DNA of 32,000 nucleotides from positions 4,530,001 to 4,562,000 of the forward strand of contig OY969938.1 in NCBI GenBank assembly GCA_963704755.1, written 5' to 3'. A model generated the notes under the pieces. That model was given only the letters and a program-made list of their open reading frames with translations. It searched no databases and had not been told where the DNA came from. Positions 8,410 through 16,575 of this stretch are shown piece after piece (the first letter of the stretch is position 1; the number at the start of each line of letters is the position of its first letter). Source of the DNA: an uncultured Chloroflexia bacterium (GTDB taxonomy: Bacteria > Chloroflexota > Anaerolineae > Anaerolineales > Anaerolineaceae). The position numbers were made by a program, and so were the translations under genes.

Positions 8410-10060
8410 ATGGCTGCACAAAAAGATTGTCCAACTGTATTACTTTCCGATAATCCCGCGCAGGCGGATGAATTTAACGGATCGCACCAGCGCATTGCCG
8501 ATGCGATAGCCGAGATGATCCGGACCGAGCCGGGCGGTCGAACCATTGGGCTCGAGGGCGAATGGGGCAGCGGCAAGTCTACCGTGATCGAGTTGCTGCG
8601 GGGAAAATTAGGGGTTAACAAAGGACCAGATACAGATTTGCTGTTCCTTTTTGACGCCTGGGCGCATGCATCCGACCCACTGCGACGCACCTTTTTGGAG
8701 CAGCTTCTGGCTGCGCTGAGGAAGGCTAAATGGATTAGCGATGAACAATGGGAAAAAAAGTGGAAAGGTGAATGTGAAGAATTAGCAGGGGTAAAAACCT
8801 TTACCACGACAGAAAACACTCCCCGGATTACACACCTGGGGGTTGTGGTGATCGTTTTAGGCTTTTTTATTCCGATCGGCCTGGCGCTGGTCAGCAATGC
8901 ATTGCGCAACGGTTTAAACTTTAAACTTTTCCGCTGGTTACCCGGTCAGTATCGAGTTTCTTCTTGGCCTGGTCTTTTCTCTGTTACCCATTATTGCAGT
9001 TGGACTTGTCTATTTACAAAAGTGGTTTGCGAATGATTTCAAAAAATTCGAATTAAATTGGGCCATTCTGGTTCAAAAGTACGACACGGAAGTAACTTCG
9101 CGTTCAATCAAAACGCCTGACCCCACTTCGGTTGAGTTCGAGCATTTTTTTACCAACTTAATCAATGAAGCCGTGGATGAGAACGGCAAGAATTTGCTGC
9201 TGGTTTTGGACAACCTGGACCGGACTTCGCCGGAGGAAGCGCTGTCGATCCTTTCGACATTACAGACCTTCCTGCAATGCGAGACAAAAATCGATGACAA
9301 GAAAATGAAGAAATTGTGGATCATCATCCCCTTCGACCGGGCCGGACTGGAAAAGATCTGGCCAAACATGCCGCGCGGCAAAGGTATGGGCGGCAATGAA
9401 AAACTCGATGCTGAACCAAAGGGAGCCAGGCAAGAACAGCCCGGGATGGCGAGTTCCATGATCGACAAACGGTTCCAGGTCATCTTTCGCGTCCCGCCGC
9501 TGGTGTTATCCAACTGGGAGGAGTATTTTCAACAGCAATTGGCTGACGCTCTTCCAAACCATGATCGCAATGACCGCTATGCCCTCTATCGGGTTTTTTA
9601 CAGCCATATGATGCTGGATGGACAGAAGAAAACGCCCACCCCGCGTGAGATCAAACTTTTCATCAATCAAGTCGGGACACTCCATCGCCAATGGGGGGAT
9701 CAACTGCCGCTGGTTCAAATGGCGTATTTTGTCAGCCTGACTAAAAGGAATGTAGATATCCATGCTGGTCTGGTCAGCGGGGCCATTCCGGAAGGCGAGA
9801 TGGTAGATATTTTAGGAAAAAACGTTCCAGAGAATATCGCGGCTTTGCTGTTCAATGTAGAACCCGAGAAGGCCGTCCAGTTGCTGCTCGATAAACCGAT
9901 CCAGGACGCAATCCTTCAAGGAAATTTCAGCCAATTGGACCAATTGTCTCTAAATTACAAACCCAATTTTGGTGTGGTTTTCGATAAACTGCCTTATAGC
10001 AGTTGGATCAGAACCAATCCAATCGGCATTGCCAACACGGCCTATTATTTCGAGAATTGA
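8410..10060 (+). pseudogene. KAP-family P-loop NTPase with two TM helices inserted in the NTPase domain; frame broken by a 7-bp tandem duplication
   Basis: Walker A is GLEGEWGSGKST (about 8548-8583) and TM1 is GVVVIVLGFFIPIGLALV. The frame then changes from +1 to +2 at TTTAAACTTTAAAC (8913-8926). Frame 2 is open from 8918 and encodes TM2 (IEFLLGLVFSLLPIIAVGLVYL) and Walker B LLLVLDNLDR (9194-9223). Deleting one TTTAAAC copy gives an uninterrupted ORF of about 547 aa reading ...RNGLNFSAGYPVSIEF... Confidence 0.8.
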
Positions 10061-10075
10061 GAAACGCCTTTACTC

Positions 10076-10804
10076 ATGAGCGATTGCGCGAAAGACACTT
10101 TTAAGAATCGTCTTCAACAAAATGCTGAGCAGGTTGAATCCTGGGAACCATTTACTGACCAGATGACCGCAGGGATTGGCTCTTTGTTGCGATTGATACA
10201 TAATCTAGAATTTGCTAGGAGAATTGTTGAGCAAATTATGGCGAGTGAGTTTACCCATTTGCCTAAACCGGACTCCAGCGAACCTTTACCTCTGGCGTTT
10301 GCTGATAGTTTGCAGGAAAAGATTGCGCCGGCGATTAAACGGTTAGTCTCAATGCTTACCGTTATCGAAAAGATGGGCCTGATCGGTGATTTTTTGCAAA
10401 ATAGCCTGGCAATTAACGTGGACAACATGCAATTTTTAGAATTTTGTGCCGCATTGGCCAATGCGGATCCATATAAGCACTTCTGGAGGATATTCCATGT
10501 TAAAGTTCAGCCAGATCAAATAACTAAAGAAATTGTTAAGCTGGTAAGTGAGTTTGCATTTTCTCAAAGGTATATCGGTGCATTAAAAGTGCTACTCTTT
10601 ACCCAACCAGACATCGATTTTAAAAGTATTGCAAATACCCTTTTCCCTGCAATTTTTAATTCAGCCGTAAGCCAAAACCAGATTCCAGAGCTGCTGGAAA
10701 GCTTATGGCTCTTGGAACAAAGTAAAAAGGCTGGATGTACAGGATTTATTTCCAGGTTAAAGTGGGGAAGGATTTTTATTGAACTACTTAATAAATATGT
10801 TTGA
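10076..10804 (+). CDS. Hypothetical helical protein, KAP-locus component B
   Basis: 242-aa ORF in the same frame as the KAP C-terminal part, separated from it by one TGA (10058-10060) and 5 sense codons. There is no obvious SD before ATG 10076. All-helical-looking, with lower G+C. No family recognised. Confidence 0.5.
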   Translation: MSDCAKDTFKNRLQQNAEQVESWEPFTDQMTAGIGSLLRLIHNLEFARRIVEQIMASEFTHLPKPDSSEPLPLAFADSLQEKIAPAIKRLVSMLTVIEKMGLIGDFLQNSLAINVDNMQFLEFCAALANADPYKHFWRIFHVKVQPDQITKEIVKLVSEFAFSQRYIGALKVLLFTQPDIDFKSIANTLFPAIFNSAVSQNQIPELLESLWLLEQSKKAGCTGFISRLKWGRIFIELLNKYV

Positions 10805-11927
10805 GGCGGGGAATTATAAAACTTGTTCCTTGTGTATTTTCTTGGTTTTACAGTTTTCACCTACTTTGATTACAGATAATTTTCATAGGTCAATAGCTGG
10901 GAAAGAATTTTTGCTGGAGTTCTTGGACCATCCGGAAAAGGATGCATATAAAGAAATCTTGCAATCGTTGGTTAGGATAGCAAAAACTTATCAGGAATTG
11001 GATGCATTTTTAGAGCTACCTCGAAAAAACCAAAGGTGTGTAAACCTTGTAAAAATAATAACGGTTGAAGAGATTAACATTGAAGATTTTGAAAACGTAT
11101 TCTATCCAGATTTGATCCAAAGAAAATGGAAAATAATCAAAGATTTGATCGGGGATGAGAAGTTTAAGGAATTCATTTTCAAACTCATCGAACAGAAAAA
11201 ATTAGCGGCTTCAATTCTTGCTGATTTCTCGACTGAAAATTCTGCTCTATACCGGGCGATCTACGCGGAGTTGGATTCAACTCCCCGAGCCAGGGAATTC
11301 TCAAAGATCCTCTGTGAAAAACTGCGAGAAATTAACCAAAACACCTGGCTGAACGGGCTGGAAACCGAAAATGAATTGCTTGGGCTGTTGATCGACCTGA
11401 TCGGCCAGCGGGCCGCAGTCGGTTTGGAAAAGGATTTTGCCGACGCCTGCTACGATTATTGCTTAATGGTCCTGCGGAATGAGATAAAACCGAAGCGCTA
11501 TTTTAGCGAGTGGAAGACCCTTCCGGATGGATTGAAATCGGAGGCGGAAAAGGACTACCTGGCGAGAAAGATCCTCGCCTTCGTCAGCAGCGAAGCTGCG
11601 GTTTATCATTTCAAGTTTCCGGACAGCTTCTTTGAGCTCTATGGCGGTTTGATAGCTCGTCCAATCATCGTAATGGAAAACATCAAGATTGTCTCCAGTT
11701 TCTTCACTGCCCTGGTGGAGCGGCAAAACCTCAGCGGATTGGAGTGGCTGCGGCAATTGTTTAGCGGCCTCCCGGATTTGCTCGATGGCTACAAGGATGA
11801 TCCCGAGGTTGCTGCCTTCGAAGGGCAGGTGAGTGTTGGAATCCGAGCCGCAGGCAGCCAAAATGTAAAGGCGTTATTGGAAGCGATCGCCAAAACCCTG
11901 GGGCTGGAGACTGGCAGAGATGGGTAG
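10797..11927 (+). CDS. Hypothetical helical protein, KAP-locus component C
   Basis: ORF open from 10761. ATG 10797 overlaps the stop of component B as ATGTTTGA, a translational-coupling geometry; a TTG at 10779 is the alternative start. About 376 aa, helical-looking. No family recognised. Confidence 0.55.
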   Translation: MFEAGNYKTCSLCIFLVLQFSPTLITDNFHRSIAGKEFLLEFLDHPEKDAYKEILQSLVRIAKTYQELDAFLELPRKNQRCVNLVKIITVEEINIEDFENVFYPDLIQRKWKIIKDLIGDEKFKEFIFKLIEQKKLAASILADFSTENSALYRAIYAELDSTPRAREFSKILCEKLREINQNTWLNGLETENELLGLLIDLIGQRAAVGLEKDFADACYDYCLMVLRNEIKPKRYFSEWKTLPDGLKSEAEKDYLARKILAFVSSEAAVYHFKFPDSFFELYGGLIARPIIVMENIKIVSSFFTALVERQNLSGLEWLRQLFSGLPDLLDGYKDDPEVAAFEGQVSVGIRAAGSQNVKALLEAIAKTLGLETGRDG

Positions 11928-12108
11928 CTCCTTATATTCTATTGATCGTTTTCTCGCAGTGACATCTCAAGCACCCTCCTGAAGGTGATTTTTCCGGGTG
12001 GGGATGGCTGATATTGGTAAAATAATCCCAGCGAATTGAATCAGGGACCTGGCAAAGGAACACTAATCCAGAGCCGGCCCCGATTTATCGATAAAGGATC
12101 ACTCGTTT

Positions 12109-12429
12109 ATGGCTTATCTGAAAGAAAACCCTACTTTGGCGGACCTGCAATCTTATCTGGATGCAGTCTGCCAGGAACGCGGCTGGACCAAGGACAGCCC
12201 CGCGGAAAAGTTCGTGCTGTTTATCGAAGAGGTCGGTGAGTTGGCCAAGGCGATGCGTAAGTCCGCCGGATTGTATGAAGAAAAGGCCAAACTGCGGGAT
12301 ATTTCACTGGAAGAAGAATTCGCCGATGTGCTCAGTTACCTGCTCGACCTGGCCAATTGCTACCAGGTGGACCTGGAACAGGCCTTTCGCGCTAAGGAAA
12401 AGATCAACGAATCGCGCACCTGGGAATGA
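12109..12429 (+). CDS. MazG-like nucleotide pyrophosphohydrolase domain protein
   Basis: 106 aa. All-alpha NTP-PPase signature: FIEEVGELAKA followed by EEEFADVLSYLLDLA (EExxE ... ExxD metal ligands). Confidence 0.8.
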   Translation: MAYLKENPTLADLQSYLDAVCQERGWTKDSPAEKFVLFIEEVGELAKAMRKSAGLYEEKAKLRDISLEEEFADVLSYLLDLANCYQVDLEQAFRAKEKINESRTWE

Positions 12430-12453
12430 GATTGGGCTGCAAAGGAGCCGAAG

Positions 12454-12894
12454 ATGAGCTGGAAAACCCTTGAACAAAGTAATCCCCAACTGGCGGCTTT
12501 TGGCGCGGAACGCCTGCACGGCAAAGTCGCTTATCTGGCCACCATCCGCAAAGATGGCACTCCCTGCGTCCATCCCATGACGCCTATCATCGGCGAGGGT
12601 CATTTTTTTGTGTTCATGGAGCCGACTTCACCCAAGGGCCATGACCTGCGCCGGGATGGGCACTTTGCCATGCACTGCTCGGTTAGCGATATCAGCGGCT
12701 CCAGCGGTGAATTCAGCCTGACCGGCCAGGCCAGGCTGGTCGACGACCCGCAATTGAGAGCCCTGGCCATGCGAATTTGCACCTACGAGCCGTCCGACCG
12801 CTACGTCTTGTTCGAATTCGATATCGAGCGGGCAATGGCGACCACCTACGAAGACCGCGGGCCGGTATACACACACTGGAAGCACATTGAATAA
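12454..12894 (+). CDS. Pyridoxamine 5'-phosphate oxidase family (FMN-binding split-barrel) protein
   Basis: 146 aa with an AAGGAG SD before ATG 12454. Pattern VAYLATIRKDGTPCVHPM...FFVF...KGHDLRRDG is typical of PNPOx-like proteins. Confidence 0.75.
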   Translation: MSWKTLEQSNPQLAAFGAERLHGKVAYLATIRKDGTPCVHPMTPIIGEGHFFVFMEPTSPKGHDLRRDGHFAMHCSVSDISGSSGEFSLTGQARLVDDPQLRALAMRICTYEPSDRYVLFEFDIERAMATTYEDRGPVYTHWKHIE

Positions 12895-12999
12895 ACTCAA
12901 CTCCCAACGGGGTGGTTACCTGCATTAAAAGAAGCTGCTTAACTGGTTACTGATCCCTAATCCCTTAATTACTATTCTCTACTCTCTATTTACTATTTT

Positions 13000-13815
13000 C
13001 TATTCTTTCCCCATCTCATAGTACAGCAATCGGTGAGCTTTTTGGGCTACGGCGATATGGGCCGTCAGGCGGAACATGAACCGGTAAAACCCGCTCAGGC
13101 GGGGAATGTCGGCCGATTGGGCGAAAAACCACTCTTCGCGCAGGTGGATTCCGGGTGCCCAGGTTTCGATCTCGTGCGGGTCGTCGATGCCCCATTGGAC
13201 GCTGGCCCCGGTCTGGTGCAGGGACGGGTGGGCCTGGACCTGCGCGGCCGTCATTTTGCTGAATGCATCGAAAGCGAGGCTGCATCCCGGGAACTTCTGG
13301 CGCAAGGCCAGGAACAGCGCCCGTACATCACCTTCGGGCAGGTACATCATCAAGCCCTCAGCGACCACGAAGACCGGCCGGCCCTGCGCATCCACCTGGT
13401 CCAGCCAGGTTAGCGCGTTGACCGGTGAAGCGATCATACGGTAGGTTTCGCTTTCGTCATAGAATTTACGCCGGAGAGCGATAACATCCGGCATATCCAG
13501 GTCGATCCAGGCGGCGCCGGGGTGCGCTACCCGCAGGCAGCGGCTGTCGAGCCCGCAGCCCAGGTGCAGGATCAGCGCGTTAGGGTGCGCGGCCAGGAAC
13601 GAGCGGGTATAGGCGTCCAATTGCTTGGCCCGCATCCGTAAAGTGACCGCGGTCTTTTCGGGTACCTTCAGCGCGCCAAAATCGTATTCGGCATTGGCCA
13701 GGATCTGGCGCGCCTTTTCATCGTCGAAAAGCGGGTTGCCCTGCCCTTTGGCAAACAGCGGAATCAGCAGGGTTTCTTGTTCTTTGCTCAGGACGATTTT
13801 TTCTTTGGGTTCCAC
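13000..13815 (-). CDS. Class I SAM-dependent methyltransferase (TcmP / leucine carboxyl methyltransferase-like)
   Basis: 271 aa with a GTG start at 13815 and an AAGGA SD. Contains the SAM motif ILHLGCGLDSR and the VVAEGLMMYL post-I/II pattern of COG3315-type O-methyltransferases. It starts 12 nt downstream of the TetR gene, so is probably co-transcribed. Confidence 0.8.
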   Translation of the reverse strand: MEPKEKIVLSKEQETLLIPLFAKGQGNPLFDDEKARQILANAEYDFGALKVPEKTAVTLRMRAKQLDAYTRSFLAAHPNALILHLGCGLDSRCLRVAHPGAAWIDLDMPDVIALRRKFYDESETYRMIASPVNALTWLDQVDAQGRPVFVVAEGLMMYLPEGDVRALFLALRQKFPGCSLAFDAFSKMTAAQVQAHPSLHQTGASVQWGIDDPHEIETWAPGIHLREEWFFAQSADIPRLSGFYRFMFRLTAHIAVAQKAHRLLYYEMGKE

Positions 13816-13827
13816 GGAATTTTCCTT

Positions 13828-14520
13828 CTATATTTTTTCGGCATGATCGAACTGGCCCAGGGCCTCCCGGGCTAATTGGTGGATGATTGCTTTCCCGGCC
13901 GCGGATTGCGGATTTCCTTCAGGAACCAGGGTGCGGTCGATCATGATCGCAACGGTTTGCAAGGTGTCCTCGAAGGAAGGGGATCCTCCTTGCTGCGGAG
14001 CGTCAGTGGCAGCCAGCAGGCCGGCGGCCAGGGCGCTCATGATGTGGGCAAACACCGCCGGTTGGATTTCGGCCCGGATTGCGCCGGCTTGTCGAAGACG
14101 TTGCAGCAGATCTACCCAAAGCGCATCCGTGTGGATCGAGGCGAACAGGTTGCCGGGTTTGTGCAGGTAATTGCCAAAAATCCGCCGGTCCTGCTTCATC
14201 AAGGCGCTAATAAAGGGGGATTGGTCGACGGCATAGAGCACACTGCGAAAAATGGCGCCAATCGTGCTGCCGCCATCCGGGTCCTGCTCGATAGCCGTCA
14301 GCCAGTCACGGTTGTATTTTTGAACTTCGCGGAAAAGCAGCGCTTCGAACAGGTTTTCTTTGCCGGGGAAATGCAAATAGACAATCGCACGGGTAACCCC
14401 GGCTGCCTCGGCAATGTCGCTCATGCTGGTTTTATCGTAGCCGTAGCGAACGATCACCTCGGCGGCGGCATCCAGGATGCGCTTTTCACGGGCTTTGATT
14501 TCGGATTCGGTGTTGGTCAT
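13828..14520 (-). CDS. TetR/AcrR family transcriptional regulator
   Basis: The ORF runs to 14676, but the extra N-terminus is a translation of an 8-mer microsatellite. ATG 14520 gives MTNTESEIKAREKRILDAAAEVIVRYGYDKTSMSDIAEAAGVTRAIVYLHF, a textbook TetR HTH. Confidence 0.9.
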   Translation of the reverse strand: MTNTESEIKAREKRILDAAAEVIVRYGYDKTSMSDIAEAAGVTRAIVYLHFPGKENLFEALLFREVQKYNRDWLTAIEQDPDGGSTIGAIFRSVLYAVDQSPFISALMKQDRRIFGNYLHKPGNLFASIHTDALWVDLLQRLRQAGAIRAEIQPAVFAHIMSALAAGLLAATDAPQQGGSPSFEDTLQTVAIMIDRTLVPEGNPQSAAGKAIIHQLAREALGQFDHAEKI

Positions 14521-14624
14521 AGATAAAGACAAATAGACAATATTTGAATATTTGTATATTTTACGATGGTATTGGAAGGATGTCAAGCGGAGCAGAAAGA
14601 GGTAAATAGAAATAAGGCAACGAG

Positions 14625-14694
14625 GGAAAGAGGCGACGAGGCAACGAGGGAAAGAGGGAAAGAGGGAAAGAGGCAATGAGGCAACAAGGCGAGG
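14625..14694. repeat. Purine-rich 8-bp microsatellite (about 9-10 units, GSNAMNAG)
   Basis: The stretch reads gcaacgag ggaaagag gcgacgag gcaacgag ggaaagag ggaaagag ggaaagag gcaatgag gcaacaag, in the intergenic region upstream of the TetR gene. Confidence 0.8.
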
Positions 14695-14786
14695 CTGATT
14701 TACCTTATTGCCTCATTGACTTATTGACCTGTCAAGAATTTTGTAATGGGTAATCCCGTTGCTATTTCTTATCTGTGGTTGCAGAG

Positions 14787-16343
14787 CTAGATGCCGGTCG
14801 GCTCCAGGGGCGTCCAGTTGATATCCGGCTGGGCCGACCAACTACCGCCGTAGAGGTTGCCCAGCCCGTCTGCCCAATATTGGTCGTAGCCGTACGGCAC
14901 CTTATACACATCCCCGGAAGAGGACACCACGTTTTGAACGCCGAGGGTAGCGTTGGAACGCATTTCCGAAAGCCGGTCGTAGGTCGCCTGTCGATCCCAA
15001 TAGCCTTTGGTGATCAGGTCACTGGTCTCTTGCAGGGTCTGGGATATCTGGCTGGTCCGCCGCATAATATCCTGCTGGGAGTTGGCGATGAAATTCTGGG
15101 CCAGGCGCTGTTCGCCTTGCTTCCAGGCCGGGTTGATCTGGAAGGAGTCAAGGATCCCTTGCAGCACCGGCTCCCAGGTGGCGAACTCGGCCTCCGGTGC
15201 CCGGTAATAAATATCCAGCCCACCGGTCCACAGCGGGGCGCTGGCTGCAAATGTACCCACTCCGCCCCGCTGGCGTTGGGTGAACACCCGAGATTTCTGG
15301 CGAATCTGGACCCCGTTTTCGTTGTAGCTGGTTTCCAGGATGGCAGCGGTAACTTCATACATATTGGGCATAATGCCGGATTGGGCCAGGTCGGCCACGA
15401 AGATTTCGGCGATATCGGGCCGGTCCTCAACACGCTCAACCTTGAAATTAGCCTGCCCCTGGACCATCCAGGGCGCCACGCTTTGGGTACAAAACTGGAC
15501 GGCGGGCATGTAGCGCAGGGCCGGGTAGCCGCTGAAAACTCCCACGACCCCGCCCATCATCCCGCTCATTCCGTCCATATATACCCAGGAATAGGTCGGC
15601 ATCCCGGCAGTGACCAGGCCTTGCGGGTCACGGGACACGTTGTACTGGGTCGTGCCGGATCCACCGATATTATTGCGGTTGACACCCCCGCGAAAAATCC
15701 AACCTTGGGGAGCGTCCACGCTAAAAGCGCCTTCGCTCGGGTCGCTGAACGACTGGCGCGGCATCAATTCGGTTACCCGGAAGGTAGATAGAATTTGCGC
15801 CATGACCTGGCTGTACTGGCTGACTGCCTGGACCGGTGCGGCAAACCCCGAGACGATCACGTTCAAGCCGTTGACCAGGATATTGAGATTGCCTTCCAGT
15901 TGCTGGCCGAATCTGGTTTCGCGAGTTTTGATGGTGATCCGGTTGGAGTCGGCTGCGGCATTGCTCTGCTGCCAGGCCTGGAAAGATGGCGCCGACCTGC
16001 GCGCTACCCCAATGAGCTGTTGGGCGACCTGGCGGGCAGAGGCGGGTGCACGCAGGCTGAAGGGCCAGATGATCGCAGCGACCAGGCCAATCGGGTCTTC
16101 GCGGATGCTTATTTGGCTCTGGTGGGTGATTACCTGCCAGCCTGAAGGATGCGCCAGGCGGAACCCGTGCCAGGGGTCCTGGTAATCCACCCAGCCCTCC
16201 GGAATTTGAGCCGGAGCCAGTGCGGGCCGGCTGTTTTGCGAGGCAGGCTCGTGGTCGGGCGCCAGCCCCACTCCGCAATAAGGGCAGACGGTAAGTTCAG
16301 CTTGTAAAGGCGCGCGGCATTTTGGACAGGTAAGTGCTTGCAT
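14787..16343 (-). CDS. Hypothetical protein with N-terminal zinc ribbon
   Basis: 518 aa with CPKC...CPYCG at the N-terminus, a Pro/Ala-rich linker, then a domain of about 450 aa that I cannot assign. The antisense ORF 14775-15791 has G/R/P/H-rich shadow composition. Confidence 0.7.
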   Translation of the reverse strand: MQALTCPKCRAPLQAELTVCPYCGVGLAPDHEPASQNSRPALAPAQIPEGWVDYQDPWHGFRLAHPSGWQVITHQSQISIREDPIGLVAAIIWPFSLRAPASARQVAQQLIGVARRSAPSFQAWQQSNAAADSNRITIKTRETRFGQQLEGNLNILVNGLNVIVSGFAAPVQAVSQYSQVMAQILSTFRVTELMPRQSFSDPSEGAFSVDAPQGWIFRGGVNRNNIGGSGTTQYNVSRDPQGLVTAGMPTYSWVYMDGMSGMMGGVVGVFSGYPALRYMPAVQFCTQSVAPWMVQGQANFKVERVEDRPDIAEIFVADLAQSGIMPNMYEVTAAILETSYNENGVQIRQKSRVFTQRQRGGVGTFAASAPLWTGGLDIYYRAPEAEFATWEPVLQGILDSFQINPAWKQGEQRLAQNFIANSQQDIMRRTSQISQTLQETSDLITKGYWDRQATYDRLSEMRSNATLGVQNVVSSSGDVYKVPYGYDQYWADGLGNLYGGSWSAQPDINWTPLEPTGI

Positions 16344-16481
16344 GGTTCTGGCTTCCTTGCTGGGTGAAAGAGTCGCATGGCCGCGGCCATTGGTACCATT
16401 TTATAGAAGGCCTGGGAATTATTCAAGAAAATTGCGGTGAAAATGTTATAAAAATTGGTTATCGCCAGGTCAGTTTAGAAT

Positions 16482-16544
16482 GCAGGGGTGTTTTTATAAT
16501 TTTTTGCGTGTGAATCACGCAAAAAATTATAAAAACACCCCTGC
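16482..16544. repeat. 29-bp perfect-stem palindrome (63 nt)
   Basis: GCAGGGGTGTTTTTATAATTTTTTGCGTG (16482-16510), loop TGAAT, then the exact reverse complement (16516-16544). It lies 32 nt downstream of the VOC gene stop. Confidence 0.9.
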
Positions 16545-16575
16545 TGCTTTCTTCCTGCCAGGAAAATTGTCAGGA

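Noticed and set aside
8328-8909. 193-aa minus-strand ORF overlapping the KAP 5' half.
   Set aside because: The plus-strand frame carries a perfect KAP Walker A and TM helix. The minus-strand ORF has S/P/R-rich shadow composition.
8913-8926. T_TTA_AAC is, in the zero frame of the KAP gene, a canonical X_XXY_YYZ -1 slippery heptamer (the coronavirus-type UUUAAAC). This suggested programmed ribosomal frameshifting.
   Set aside because: The downstream KAP frame is +1 (not -1) relative to the upstream frame. The -1 frame hits TAA (8922-8924) one codon after the slip. A 7-bp duplication explains the geometry exactly.
10058-10060. The in-frame TGA between KAP and ORF B as a selenocysteine codon.
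   Set aside because: There is no convincing SECIS-like hairpin immediately downstream, and no redox-motif context (the flanking residues are FEN-*-ETP). A nonsense mutation, a genuine stop or readthrough are more parsimonious.
12036-12239. 67-aa ORF overlapping the MazG-like gene start. The same applies to 12161-12457.
   Set aside because: These are alternative frames of a gene with clear MazG motifs. They have R/P/G-rich composition and no SD.
14775-15791. 338-aa plus-strand ORF overlapping the zinc-ribbon gene.
   Set aside because: It has G/R/P/H-rich low-complexity composition, no SD and no start context. The minus-strand ORF is longer, has a clean zinc ribbon and balanced composition.
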